A DNA stretch of 62,338 bases, counting the filler, from Diploschistes diacapsis (taxonomy: Eukaryota): assembly GCA_023645945.1 (NCBI GenBank). It is 7 parts of 7 records of this genome, joined end to end, with 100 filler letters (N's around TTAATTAATTAA, not from the genome) between each part and the next. Parts side by side here need not be neighbours in the genome. Positions count along the whole stretch, not along the records: positions 30,023 to 55,012 come from JALAIB010000225.1; 6 more parts are not named here. The stretch is one strand, 5' to 3'. Below, piece after piece: positions 32,399-46,500 of this stretch; position 1 is the stretch's first letter; each line of letters starts with the position of its first letter. The notes under the pieces are model-generated. The model ran no database searches and was not told the DNA's origin. It saw only the letters and a list, made by a program, of their open reading frames with translations. The translations under genes were made by a program, and so were the position numbers.

Positions 32399-35300
32399 GA
32401 TCTAATCGCGATACCCGTACAGAAGGCTCACGATAGCCGTTGGAAAATATGCGAACGCTAGTAATAGCAGTAGGACTCGGGAAACATGATGAAACAAAGA
32501 AGACGCGCCTACCTGGTCGAAGAGAAACGAAGCTCAGAAGCCGCAACACTTCAGATACAATGTTCTAGATTAGAAGGTGGTAAAGCAAATGAGGGGTAAA
32601 GTTGTGGTGTGACCCTTTTCACTTTATCTTGCCCTTGACCAACAACATCTTGCATCTTCTTGCAGTAGGTAGTCTATCGAGAACAGGAAATAATAATTTA
32701 AATATTTACAAAAATATCCGAATAATCGATATCTATTAATTGCGAAAAAGCACGTGCCTTTTATCGGGTCGCGTTTGACTCAGAAGCACTACCTGTTCTG
32801 CTTATTCTTCACATAAAATACTGTAGGGCTGACGATTACTTTGCGTACACGTTAAGTTAGGTCCCATATAAATGTTCGTATTGCGACAGTGTCAGCTGTG
32901 GCTTACTTACACAAATTATACATGAGCTAAACTACTTGGCAGGCACATTATATGTGGACAGTGAGTTGAGTCAATCGGATCAATAGTCAATTAAGCTTCG
33001 CATGCATGCTGCTCCAAGATGTTTTTTGCTCCACATACCAAAGCGATTTAGCTTCTACGGTTGCCCATATTTTGAGGAGGCCGTCTACGAGGCTCTACTG
33101 CCTGTAACGCTTTGCCCGTAGTCCCAGCCTGTATTCCGTGTTAAAAGGCCGAGTGCGTGCGCATATTTGCTATGGGCTCGCCTCCGTTGGAGACCGTGCT
33201 CGCAAAGAATCATACCGAGGATACCAAGGATATGTAGATACTCTACCTTGCAGGGCAGTTATATTTCAAGGAATGAAACCGTCGAGACGTAAAAATGGGT
33301 GCGCGATTACGTCTCTGCTGCATTCGAGAAGATGCGATGCTCCGTAGGTCCTTTCAGTGCTGGTTGTATCGCTCGCAGCTGGATGGAGAAATATCTCCCG
33401 CATGGTATATAGTAGGTACACCCTCGATATAGCACTTCCGTCTTCCGCGATGCAAGCAGCAGCTGCACGAAGCATCAATCCATCTCTGTTAGCATGCTGA
33501 GATGCTCAAGAATTCCTTCTAACAGAGTGTATGGCTCTCGTTCTTACGCTTTCTCCGCCGAAATGCAGCATCCGACAGGGAGGAGAGATCGGAACACCCC
33601 CCAGTGCCATCGATTGTGATGGTGGACCACGTCGGCGGTCTTCAAAGACACTTCGCTTTTGCCTGCTATGATGGTGTCGAGAAAACCGCTCGATTCGAGT
33701 ATGTGCGTAGCCGGGCAAAGCCGCCATACCGCAAGGAACTCGACCAACGGATGCGGTATCCAATGCACTCTTACCTCCTTACAACTTCTCTTGGAGCCGT
33801 CGAAAGAAGCTGCGCAGACACACCTTGTACGATGCGCCGTTTCTTTGTTTTCGGTATATGGGTGACCCGACATGCCGGCATTCCGAAGCGTGTAATTTCT
33901 TTCTTTTCCGATCCAATCCGATTCCGAGCAAGGAATGGAATGTTTCAAGTTTGGGGATGTTGTCGGGGCCAGAAATAGGACAAGGCTCGGGGACTCGCGG
34001 CAGAGGAAAAGGGTGGAGCCGGTTCTGCACAGCCCCGAGAAGTCCGTTGATCTCGCAACGCCGGCGTCCAACGAGATCTGAGCCGGTGCAAGTAATTCCG
34101 TTTCCCATGGGATGGAGGGGACTGCGACGGGGCCTGACTCCCTGAGCTTCGATCCCGTCCTGGAAGTCTGATACACGCTAGTATAGCACGGGAAGTACAA
34201 CGGAAGTACATTTATGCGCAGCTCCATGTCTGCAGACTGCAGTAAAGCCTTGAACCGATCCAGACATCCTTTGCACCCAAGCAATCGTGCATGTTTCTTT
34301 TGCACGAGCAACTCCTTTACTCGCACATTGAAGATGTGATGCCACCTCAATAAGTTATGTTACATGTATTCTAAACATGCATGACTGATGCATGGCCAGT
34401 TACGCCCAGTCACCAGTCACCAACGAAAATGTCGAAACCTGCAGAAAGTGCGAGTGGAGTGGAGTCCGCCCCAAGATCTGGCCTCACCCTGGCATTGGCT
34501 ACTTGTGCGAGTTAAGCGTAAGTGGTACTTGTCGTACAACAGCCATGCACAGTCGTATGTACTTTGCATAGTTGAAACAGCGAACAGTTAGACGAACTAT
34601 GGGAGTGCTGCGTATGTCAACTCCCATACGACGCACACGTTCTGTTGCGCAACCTCATATGTTTCCACTGCCATGCATGATCTCCCCCCTCTCCAATGAT
34701 GGAAACTAGGAACCCGATGAGCATCACGTTTTCTCAAGCAAACCACCGGTATTCTAGAACGATCGGAATCTCTGCGGTTTCCTCTATATTTCCAATCAGC
34801 GCATACGTACTTCATAGCCTGCACCGTGAGTGTTCGGCCGGGCTTTGGAAATTCGAGTAAACAAGCCTGCTAGATTGGTGATTTAACACAGGGTGCAGGT
34901 CATCTAGTATTCGGCACATGAACGCATCTTCAAAGTACACGAAGAAGCATTACTGGAAATGACGTTCAGCTCAGGGAGAATACAGCAGTGAATGGGCGAA
35001 GGACCGAACTCGTCAGGATATCAAGCCACGACTCCCTGAAGCAAGCTCTGCTCGCTGGCCGGGACTCCATCGTCCGTCGGTGACTTCTTGATCCGTATAT
35101 AAGGAATGTTGAAAACATCGGCTTCATCATGGCATGTCGGTTCGTATTGTAATTACTTAGCTCCGTGGGTCGGCGATCTCCGAGACATGGTATGATTTAG
35201 GCCAGCGTGAGCAATAAAATGAATTTGAAGATCACTAGTTAAGGTGAGGTTGATGGTAACGGCGGAGCACTAGGAACCTGTGCCCTTGTAAATCCATAGT

Positions 35301-36777
35301 CATATCACCGCCGATAAAACCTCAAATCCTATCAATCCTATCCACATACCAAGCTATTTCCGGTCACCGTAAGCTATGCCTCATAAGAACGAAGAGGGGC
35401 CGGCTGAGCAGGGCAGAGAAAGGCAACTTGAAAAGACTACGCTTTGTTGCCGTACCAGTCCCGGCCACTCCGCATAATGTATCTCAACACCTGAATCTGT
35501 ATGCAACAGTACATCCGCTACCGAAGAGGGATGGGCCGGATGTACCTCTCTTCCCACATTGTACGGAGTGGTACATTGTATGTCAGCACGGCCGTGCTGG
35601 GGCCAAGGTGGAACGGCGAAAAGCGTCACCTTCTTCCCATTCGTTCCAGGGATTCACTAGACGAATCAAGAGGACAGGCGCGATTTGTAAGGAGGTGAGA
35701 TAGATAGTAATCCGGTCTTTCTTTTCTGTCTTCATCCGCTTCGGCTCGAAATACCTAGGGAATGTCTAGTGGCTAAGTCGATTGTGAGCGAGAGCTAGCT
35801 TGGCTTGTAGGGGTAGGCCACCACTGCTACGACTTGTCAGCAGCGTCTGGGCATGATGACAAGGATTGACTGGGGGTTTTGGTAGAGCAGCACCGTCGTA
35901 GCATCGCTTTTCTGCCTGGCTCGGACGCTAAACGGCGAGGCATGAAGTGAGTGACTTATAGTCGGTGCGATTACTGGGTAGGTACGTACTTCAGGTTTGT
36001 ACTTCTGTAGATACATACAGCACAAAGCTAGGTTCTCTACCGCCGGCCGCCGGGATAGTTTTCCTAGCAGAAATGGGGCAGGATCTACCGTGTCTGGCTT
36101 GTCGCATGTTTTACAAAGTGCAGTGAATGACACCTGGCCAGTCGCTTGTTTCTCCATATCCACGGTGAGGTTTGCACGATAAGGCATGCAAAAGGGAAGG
36201 AGGGCCAGATTACGCACGACAATGGAAGCAAACATTGAGAACTTAACAAGGTGAACAGAAGTCAAGTACTTGTTTGAAGTTGTATGGTACTGCTAGCGCT
36301 GGCTGATGCCCGCTCAACTAGATCTACTACAGACCCAAAGTGGCTCTCCCATCCCCGAGGGGTATTGTGAAAGGGCAACCCCCACGCCGTTCGCTATGCA
36401 ATGGAAGAAAGTAGACCCAAGCGCCAAGTATAAGGAAAAGGCCTGCAGAACAGTCGCGTGTAAAACTCAAAAATCCACCCTTATGAAACAAAGATTAGCA
36501 CAACCAATGACAGGTATGGCACGATGATTATACAATGCCAGCCAGGCTCTACCAGGCTCTGCATGTGTGCCTGCGCTACCGGGCAGGGAGGCGAAGTCAT
36601 GACCGTGTAAAAGAACGCCAGTGAATGCGATTGTTAACTGAAGCGCATGCAAACAAACGCCATCGCGATGCTGCCTAACAAGATGGTATAGTGCAGAAGT
36701 CAGTCCGATCGAAAGGTAAGAGCCAGGAGGCTGTACATAGAAAAGACGTCATGGGTCGATTTGAAGGGCGAAAAAGT

Positions 36778-37986
36778 CTATAGTTCAATAGAAGGTCGTA
36801 GCTCCATCGAAGGACGTGGGCTGTGGTGAGTAATTCGAGGGCTTGGAGATGGGCGAGGACCCGGGGATGGTCTCGGACTCCGGCCATACGAAGGACGAGG
36901 GCTGTGGCTCATCGACTCCACTGGGCTGCAATGTTCGGAAGCCCAGGGGTCTGCCAGGAAAGGACTGGGTTGATAGGATATCCGACCGGGATGAAGCTCC
37001 TCCCACTTCCGAGCGCAATATTTGGCGGGCCAACGTTCGGATGCGCCGAAGTCACACATCTGTAACAGGATTAATACGAGCTCCACCATACTGGGAAATA
37101 TGCTGCCTACCTTTGCGGAGATGATGTCGAATTGGTACTTCTCCCAGTAGTCGTAGGCTTGCTCGAGCGCTGCGATCTAAATCAGATATCAGCCCACGCA
37201 AATGCGAGGATTCGAAGGCGTGAGGCTTACATCGACCTCGGTCCAGGTCCGCATACGCTCACGAAGCCTCTTGAATCGCATCTGCAGTGCCGGGACTTGA
37301 TAGGTCTTGCCAAGATCGGTCTGAAAGCGGACGGCAATGTCCTTCCACGGGAGATTCTCCTCCTCCTTTAATTTCAGCAAGAGAGTTTCCTCCTCGTTCA
37401 GCTCAACCGGTCCAGCGTTTGAAACAGCCCGCTTCCTCTTCCTCTGCCCATATTCTGCGTAGTGATCCTCGTCATCCCTCATGCGCTTCAGTGCATTCAA
37501 CTGACGGAGTCCTACTGGATCAGGTGCAATGGGGATGGGAGCGTGGCGAGCTGGTGAATTCCTGGCGCTAATGGAGTACTCGTGACCTCCGAAATAGGGA
37601 CTGTTGGTCTTCGCTGGAGAGAGCGGAAAGGTAGGAAAGTTGGTAAAGTCATCATTCTTGGTAAATTTGTATGGGTCTCCGGGAAAGAGAAGGTCTTCAA
37701 CATTAGGGCCGAAAGTGCTGGGGCTGCTCTTTGGCCTCGGGATATGGACCATGTGCGGTGGAACTGCGGACACTTCGATTGGCGGTGGCCTTGCACCGGT
37801 AGAGCTGGGATGGCGGTGATGATGTGCGGGTTCTGTGAAGGTGGTATCGAAGTCGGCCGGCAAAGGAGCGATATTAGATGGGTTCCATTCTGGTTCCGAA
37901 AAGGTGTTGTTGATGCCGAGGCCAGACGGGTAGAGCATGTCGACACCAACTCCACCCATTCCCCCAAAAAAGTGATCCCCCGGCAT
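36778..37986 (-). CDS. Myb/SANT-like DNA-binding protein (start codon uncertain)
   Basis: Exons 37986-37231, 37176-37111 and 37059-36778 join in frame. NLS RKRKR; LNEEETLLLKLKEEENLPWKDIAVRF...ALQMRFKRLRERMRTWTEVD|IAALEQAYDYWEKYQFDIISAK|M...CARKWEEL; SPRP-repeat tail. Confidence 0.8.
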
Positions 37987-40471
37987 GATAGCAAAGGTCT
38001 GATTAGTGAGTCGATGTTCGATGATAGAAACTGGGCTTGGATGAAGGACAGGCTGTTCTCCTCTTGGTCGCCACTAGGATATAAAGAGCGAAGGTGTACA
38101 GCTCAAAGAATAAGCGAAGTACGGCAGTACAAATACAGAGTTGCAAGCACAGCTTACGCCGATCACGCATCAAAACTTGGGAAGTGACAAGGGGAAAGAA
38201 GCGAGGAAAGGCGTGGCCAAGGAATACTTTAATACGGTCGAACAAGAATGAGGTAGAGGGAGGCTGTGCGATGCTTCAGATTCAAAATCTGTTGTTGTTC
38301 TATAACAACGGGACTGTGCCATAACTGCGGACATTATTAGGCCTTCACCTTTTAGTGTCATTATGGGGGTCCCATACTAATCACATAGTAGAAGCTCAGG
38401 AATCCTTGAACCTTTTTTCTTCTACCGCCACGCCACGTTCCACACCTTGTCTCTCCCGTAGCGACTTAGCAAGCATGCCTCTCCTATCCCAAAACGGGCC
38501 GTTTCAGGCCCTTGGGGGCATTCAATTACCGCTCAGATACACCGCCAATGTACAGAGTATGCAGCCAGCAGTCGAAGCTCCGGTGGCCTCAGAGGCATTC
38601 TAGTACGCATGGGCCGCTTTGGGGGACCGTTAATTTCCTATGATAGGCTGCTTGTTATTTTGCAAGTCTTCTATGCGTGTTTCTAAAAGCATATATTAAT
38701 ATTAATATTAATATCCAAACGTAGAGAAAATGTTCAACCGGGTAAAGGGAAAGGACAATCCTATGCCTCGAATGCCTCGAGTACAAGGGAATGTCAGGAA
38801 ACTGGGGGGTAGGTGAAGGAGGAGGCCTAGAGCTGGAGCATGGCGAGTGAGGGCCAAGGTTTCTGGGCGTGGAGATCCAAAAATACAGCATACAGAGTAC
38901 ACGTAAAAAGCAAAACAAGCGCGATGTGCAACAATTGGGGCTAGGGGCAAGGTGTGCCGGGGGCAGCTTCGAAGTGGAGAGTTCCGGGTGTGGTATGGTA
39001 TGGTATGGTATGAAAACAAAGTACGAGAGGGTGTTCGAGCACAACGTCACACTTTGTGCACCCTTGCTTATGCAGAGAGTAAGGAGGTAGTCCCAGATAG
39101 GTAGTCAGGGGGCTTTTCGATGCAGCAGTTAAATAGGGAAGCGCACGGCTGCAGGGGGGTGGGAAAATTACGCCAAGCACCTCACCATTGCTTGAAATAC
39201 CACGATGGCCAAAAAGTTTTCCCTTTTTAAATGATGTTTCAGAATTTGGCAAGCACACACTATAATAACACCCAAGATGATGCACTTCGCCCTTTGCTTC
39301 ACCTTTGCCCCTGCCACATGTTGGTTTTGAAATCTATGAAATCTATTCCTTGGCTGTGTAAGATATCGGGTAGCGGCTGCATCCATTCTGTAATATGTAG
39401 CCAGCCCACGCGCGGCTTGGCCAGGAAGGGCTCCAGCTGCAATGTTACCATTATGAGAGCCAATGAAAAAAATATCGATATGAACTGAGAGCTTCTCTTG
39501 CTTCTGTTTGCGTTTTGGCAGTCTACAGCAGATCGTTTAGGACAAAGTTGGGGCGGTGGGGAAGGGCTGAAATCGCCATCGTCGTTAACCGAGCAAAGCC
39601 CTCCCCCCGTTGGCCCGCTGGTTGATGTTTCTCTCGAACAGCACCTCTTCTACCCGTCAAAAAATCCTTCTTCAGGGGGCTTTTGTGTAAATAGATAATA
39701 AATAGCCTTTTATTAGAGTTAACTGTCCTAGATCACCAGGATGGTAAGACAATGCGACCTTACGGAGGGATTACGAATCCATTAGGTGGCCCTTTCCAGC
39801 CCAGTCATTACAAGTGCCCAGGAGGCAGGCATCTCTTCCAAATGCTTTGCAATGTGCTGATATGAAGCACAGAATCAAGTAACAACCATGAACTTGCCAT
39901 GTGATTCTCCCCCATGGACGACAAGGCAAAGCGACGACGCCCTGCTGACTCGTACCGAGGATTCGATTAGCTGATGATAATTCGATATTGAACCTTTGGA
40001 TTAAGAACGAGACCTTGGGACGCCTGAGGGGCAGCTGATTCTTTTACGTTATTATTGCTCCACCGGCCTCAGATCTTCTACCACACGTTGGACCTCCTCC
40101 TTGTGCGGCGCCTAATCTACGTACGGATCGATGAGCCAAACTTTGAAATACTGCTTTCTGTATAGAGATATTCTCCGCTCCTCACCATATCAGGCACGGG
40201 TTCGGGGGAGTCCTTTGTGACAACAAACGCTCATAGTGGTAGAAATGTAGAATGTACGACGATCGGAAGCCACCGGCAAGCCACGCCACGCGTGAAGGGC
40301 AGGAGACATACTGGCAGTCAGCTCTGGGAAATGAAAGATGACCTAAGCCGCGGCCAGGACGAAAATAGATTAACCACGTGCCAGCTGTATGATTCAGGGA
40401 CACCTCATGTTCCAGAATTGACTGATAATCGTGACGCTTCAGGTTTTCAATTTCCATCGGGGTCTAGCAAC

Positions 40472-40531
40472 CTGTCACTGTCACTGCCACTGTCACTGCC
40501 ACTGTCACAGTCACAGTCACAGTCACAGTCA
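40472..40531. repeat. Hexanucleotide microsatellite (CTGTCA/CTGCCA/CAGTCA)
   Basis: Directly visible, about 10 units. Confidence 0.9.
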
Positions 40532-43500
40532 CTACTGCTTGTGATTTTTCAAGTTATTAAGTGAATAACGTGCCTGATGTGGCTACACAATCGGGTTAGA
40601 CCATCTCTTTCCCAGGTCGTAGCCTAGCCGAGCTGCAAGGTTACGTAAGACTTTAAACCTAGGTACTACCTAGCTCTACTAATACAAAACTAGTAGGTGC
40701 GTGGAAGGGACTCGAAGGATGTAGTGACAAGGCTCATGGTGAGTACTAGTACTTTCATGTCGCTAGTCACTGGTCACTGGTCATTTGGCACCGTGAACCT
40801 CGAAATGTCACGAGACTCTCCTCGCCAATCAATTTTGTCTTACCGGATCCTTTCCATTCCAACCGTACTAAGAGAAGTGTGACCCCCACTATTGCTTACT
40901 CACTCTTATTGCTTCGGAGCCCGTAGCGATTTACAGAAAAGATCTCGCAATTCTCTACCTCTTCTGACAAGCCATGTCACATCAATCCACGAAGCTCGGC
41001 ACCAGACATGCTGCCAGGTTAGAAGTCCAATAGGCACTAGTTTGACAAAGAGCCAATGCATATATAGAAATGCAGGCACGCAGAAAATGGACGCACCATT
41101 ATCGCCCGAAAGAGTGGAAACCCCCAATAACCGTGATCAAAGCTCCTTGTGAGTTCAGTGTTGATGATGTTTGTTCACTACTACACAGCGTACCTCCTTC
41201 ATCACATCGCGGCTCTGCTGTGGAGCATGGCCAAAGTGCTTGGCTTACTGTCCTAGACATGATACCCACATTTTCCGCTTCCGTTGACGCACTGGACAAG
41301 CACAGAATCTCCGGCAGGAATGGTTATTGACGTCGTTGATCAACTACGAGTCAACATGTGTTTGTTAGACTAACGACATATTAGTGCTGCGCCTGGCTGA
41401 CGGTTTCGATTATCTTTCCAACCCCAATATTAAACCCATTGCTCTTACTTCCAGTTCAGACAAGGTAATGGGCCACGCTTTTTGAATCTTTCCACACAAA
41501 ATGCTCTACTTTCAATACGAAAGTCGCCCATTGCGCAAGCAAAACAAGGCATGTCCTGTGGTTTTTCTGCCAAATACAGATACAGAGCAAGGTTTCAAAC
41601 CCAATTATAAGCTTTTGATAATTCCGTGCAAGAGTTATCTTCCTTTGAAGCATTTCATTTGGACCACTACAGTACGCTGCTGCTGCGCCCGTCACACAGC
41701 TTGACTCTTGAGGCTTCGGGATTGTCCGAAGTAGTCATCCTTGGTGCGGATGACGTTGAGGAAGAAAGTCCTTAAAGACCTACTTTCTGTTTCTTCCTAC
41801 ACAGAAACTTCCAGCCATCGAATCCACCCTCACAGTTCAGGTGATCATGGAGGAAACTGGCATGATGTTCACCCAGGTGATTCGGCAATGAAGCGCCCTT
41901 GATAAGCGGATGGGGCTGTACCTTGTACCTACCGGAACCGGTAAGTCGAGGCTCAACTTCTATCACCAATTAGAATCGCGTATAGCTAGGCTTTGCTACA
42001 GGTCGAAAAATGTGGCGCAGCTTGTTTCATAAGCTCTGAAAAGGAATGATGAGCCATTTCAAGTTACCCGCGGTTGGCCTGGATTTCCTTCGTGCGTTTC
42101 GAGTAGAGGTATTGATCCTCGTCCAACAGTACTAGGTAGGTAACCACCGTGCAGCAATCGACTAGTGTATCGCATATTGCGGGCATCTCGAAACCTCTAT
42201 GAACAGGTTGTCTTGATGAGCTCGATCCCATAAGATCAAAGCATTGACGGGTTCGAGGCGAGGACTCAGAAATCGGCGAAATTGTGGTCAAGTACTCCAT
42301 ACAATTATTGGCAACCTTCCATACCGCCAAGCAAGAAGGAACCTAGACATTATTATTGTAGTCACAGAGGTACAAAGGCTTAACGTCATGGCATGTAGCT
42401 ACTTGATCTGCGCTCGCTACTGTTCGTTCTCTACAGTCGAAGGGGCCATTGACAGCTTTGCGATGGAACTAGAATTCTAGAAGCGTCGATCCGAGACTGG
42501 CGAGCTTTTCTGATGCTTGTTGAGCAGAGATCTGCTGGTCAAAGCTTTGCTTCCAGGTTCTTGTTGCCATTTTTCATCATGAAACAAGCGCAGCCCTGTC
42601 GATCTTTTGTACGTTTCAAAGGGAAGCCCGATAAGGCTGATCGGCGTCACGCACAATGACATCAAGCGTTGCCGAGAAACCTTATGTAAGATGGAACTTT
42701 AAGGCTTCGTGGCTTTTTCGATAGCTTCTTCAAGGATCCCACATCCCCATCCTCTATCGAATAAACACACAAGGAATCAATGTGCTATGCGGACTCTGTT
42801 GTTCGGACCTATGCTCCGACTCGATGCGTCTAGCTTGATCTTAACAACTTGAAGGGGCCTTTGAACAGCTCGTTGTATGAAAGGAAAAGTGCTATATGCA
42901 GTCCGCGTTGCACTAAGCCCGCGGTGCTCGAGACTCTAAAGACAGTTGGCTGTACGTGCCAATCTGGTTGCTTTTCCAATTTATGCAAAGTGTTCGACAC
43001 ATGGTACCCTCCGACAACATCAGAATGTTGAGGAGGTAGCCTATTATCTATGCCACTTCTTATCTTCAGTGCTATACCTCCTACGACGAAGAAGTGCCAG
43101 CTCTGAGACTAAATTAAGCTTATTTGCTATGGCACAGTCAATCACAGTTAAACCCCCATATCGACCGTCCGCCGTATCTGCAATGCAGTGTTATGTTAAT
43201 CTCGATCGAGCCTCGCCTAGCCTGATCTCGATACTGTATAGCAGTGGTTTCTTACGTTTATTTGGAAAATATTGTCTGGTATCTCATCCTACGCGAACCC
43301 CGCTGGCAATGCGCGTGACATGCTGCGGGCCAACATATGGTCGACAGCCGGATCGAGACTCACATAGCCGATATGAAGTAGGGAAGAACTTCAATAGCAG
43401 CTACATGCGCTACATGGCGGACCTCGTGCCAATATTACTGTGCTTTGAACCAACATTATACAGACCCTTTGATGCGATACCTTGGTATCGAGACTTGCTC

Positions 43501-46500
43501 TTCGACCTGCTTGCAGAGCGGCCCCGCGTCGAGGTCTAGGGTAGGATGCAAGACAGATGCAGCCTGTTGTTCTGGTTTCCATGGATTCTGTGGCCGTCAT
43601 AATTGGAAGAGAGTAGAGGCAGCACTGCCCGTCGCGACGAAACTTCGTTCAAGCGCCATCTGCAACTCTAAACGGAGCAGAGACGATAACAGGAAAGAGC
43701 AACAAGATGCAGCTGCAGCGATGCCACCCCAGTAGACTGCAGTGTTGATGACAGGACCCGTTTGGGCAAAAAGAAACCCCAACTGAACGCTGTGCCCCCA
43801 GCCCAAAACCAGTATCGCTAACACCGAATTGAGTGATGCCTTGCGTGCTGAAACGCAACAGTCACACAGTAGAATTCCAAAGAAACCGGCCAGAGCCTCC
43901 TTCCGACAAGGTTATCCTTAACGTTCGTTTGGGGGCTGCTCGGGAATCTGGGGATACGGCTGCAGAAACCTTCAATCACCCCGGCTTGAGGCGGTGCAGG
44001 ACATCTGATACACCAACGCTCGCCGTCCACTCATACCCATTTCCGAGTCTCCTACAGTGTGGGAGCGCTTATGCGTGGAGTCGGGTAAACTTCAAAGGCT
44101 TGATCGAGATTCAGTCTACTACGGATTCTGGGATTTCCGGTCAGGAAACTTGCTTGATATTTCTACTGGATTTCAATCTCGGACGGAGTTAGACTGTAGC
44201 AAATCCTGACAATGAATTCGGCTTCCCCGGCAGATCGTGACCCCCGATCACGGCGGTGAAGACGACAGCAACAGCGATTCGTCTCCATTTTAGACAATTT
44301 AGGGCGTTGAAAGGATCTTGTTTACACATACATGGGAGGTGTTGCGAATTGAGGCTTGACAGCAGTGTGTCTGTACCGCTGGGGCTTCATCCATCCCCCC
44401 GGGATCGGGACTGGTGGACTGGCCCTCCAGCCAGGCTTGGCTGCCTTGGCCGTATTTTCTTCCTGCCACAGTGTTGCCACGGTGTCGAGATGTATGTGGC
44501 AACGATTACTTGAAGGAAATCAAGCGCGAGACTGCTGCTGCCTTTGGGCTCAGAACTCAATTGCTTGAGGGGACAATGAGTGCGTGTTTCTGGGGCCGTG
44601 GCGTGCCTTGACTGCCACTTTGCGCGATTATCAGCTGGGTATCTTTATAACGCTTACACATCGTTCAGCTTGCTATTCTTGGAAACGATTGCCCAGACGT
44701 CTGCCGGAGCGCTATCTTCATTTAAGGGGCCCCGGCTCTCGGTTCCGACTGTGATGCACAATACCATATCCACCGTTATACACGTTCAAGCAGGTCTGAG
44801 TGGGCACCAGGTGGTAGTGGAAGTCCTATCAAGGCATAGGAATCGTAATAGAATCCATCTTACTATTCGAAAGCTTACACAAGAGGCATAGGATCCTTGG
44901 TTCATGCCCCAGCTTTCTTCAGCCTTGCCTTTGGCCACCCATCCTCTCTTCAGCGCTGCGACCGTCCAATACGCAGGGACGCTTACCTAACGCCAGTCAA
45001 TGCCCTGGTTGCAACACTAGGCGGCCAGCAGGACGGATTGAACTGGTGCCTATCTCAGAGACTTCAGCCGGGGCTTCTTCGACTCTGGGAAGGCGTCGCT
45101 TCGAGAGAAACATAACCAGAGGATGAGTCTGGTCTATTGGTATGGCTTTGGTAAATGGGGCGATAACGAAATATACATTGACATATCGACACCCTCATAT
45201 CGGCCTTTGCTTACACGGAATAAGGAGGTCTCCAGGGAACTTCTCGGCCTCATGCTAAAACTCTGGGCAAGGCCAAGTCCCATAAGGCTCCTGCATATCA
45301 CATGCTTTGGTCTTCATCTACAAGGGCTTACTTGAGCCACGTGAGCTTCTCAGGCACTACAGAGGTATTATAGCGCTCAAGCAAGCCGTACAACACACAA
45401 GGAGAGCACTTATTGCTTCATTAAGGTTTGAATTATAGTTTCAGGCTCCAGTGCTCGTCCATACCAATTCGTTGATATCTATCTGATATGCGTAAGAGTA
45501 TGCCAGTCCAGCCTTCTGGAAAGTGCTGTGCCGGACAAATGCATACATCCTATCCACTCGACGCAAATCAAAGAAATGCCTGATATCAAGAGGAATGCGA
45601 AGCAAATTAAGCGCTCCAGGCCCTCTTTCACTTCTATATACATATATCCTAAGCCTTCAATCAAACGGAAGATCTTGGCTTTGTACGCAGCAAAGTAACT
45701 TGGAGAAAATCCTACTCGAAATAGGATGCTGGGGGAGCACCCTTGTATATCCGATCCGTCTATTTCCAGGCGTGCTGCTTGTCTGTCCTATGAGATTGCA
45801 TTTCAGTCAAACGATCTCACGTTCAGTCCCTGACTGGCAATTAATGGCACATCGTAAAGCTTTTCTAAGGAAGAGCAGGCTTAGGTTCATACTGAGTACG
45901 ATGGATGTTTGCTGCCGTAGTTGATCTTGCCTCAATTAGTTCTGTAGGAAAGCTTCCTTCTACAGATTATGGTGGTAAGAATCCTACTTGGATTATAATT
46001 TTCTTCCGGAGGTTAGTCACCTAAGCTATGGTTACTCAGTCTCCGTATGTGATGATACCAAAAGGGATCTGGTGGAACAAAGCGCTTCTTTGGAGGAGCC
46101 ACTTAGCGAGAGTTCCAACGCTGTGCTGTGCGTACTTGCCTCCCTAGTATATTCATCCATCTAGCTGGATATCTACTGCGAGATATCAGATCTACGCCCT
46201 TGGTGAGTACAGGAGCCTCTTCAGGGTATTGATTCGCTAAGGGGGTTATGGTATACGTGGCGGACATGGTGCAGGGCCATTCTTATGCGCCACAGCCAAG
46301 GGCGGCAAGCAACCTCTCTCAGCCTTTGTTCACTTTTGCAGACTGACGTTCTCCTGCGCTTTTGCCACCTTGCGGGACGTACTCGTCCCAACATCATTTG
46401 AGAAACTATGCTCTTTCGACTGAGCTGGATTCGCTTAACTACGCTGTCAGAACGTCTCTGTCTCATGGCTTGCAAGGCTTTGTGGAGGGCGGACTAAGGC

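Noticed and set aside
33544..34350. 268-aa ORF (and 197-aa ORF at 42946-43539)
   Set aside because: Non-ATG starts, no recognisable domain and random-looking composition; cannot be supported as genes.
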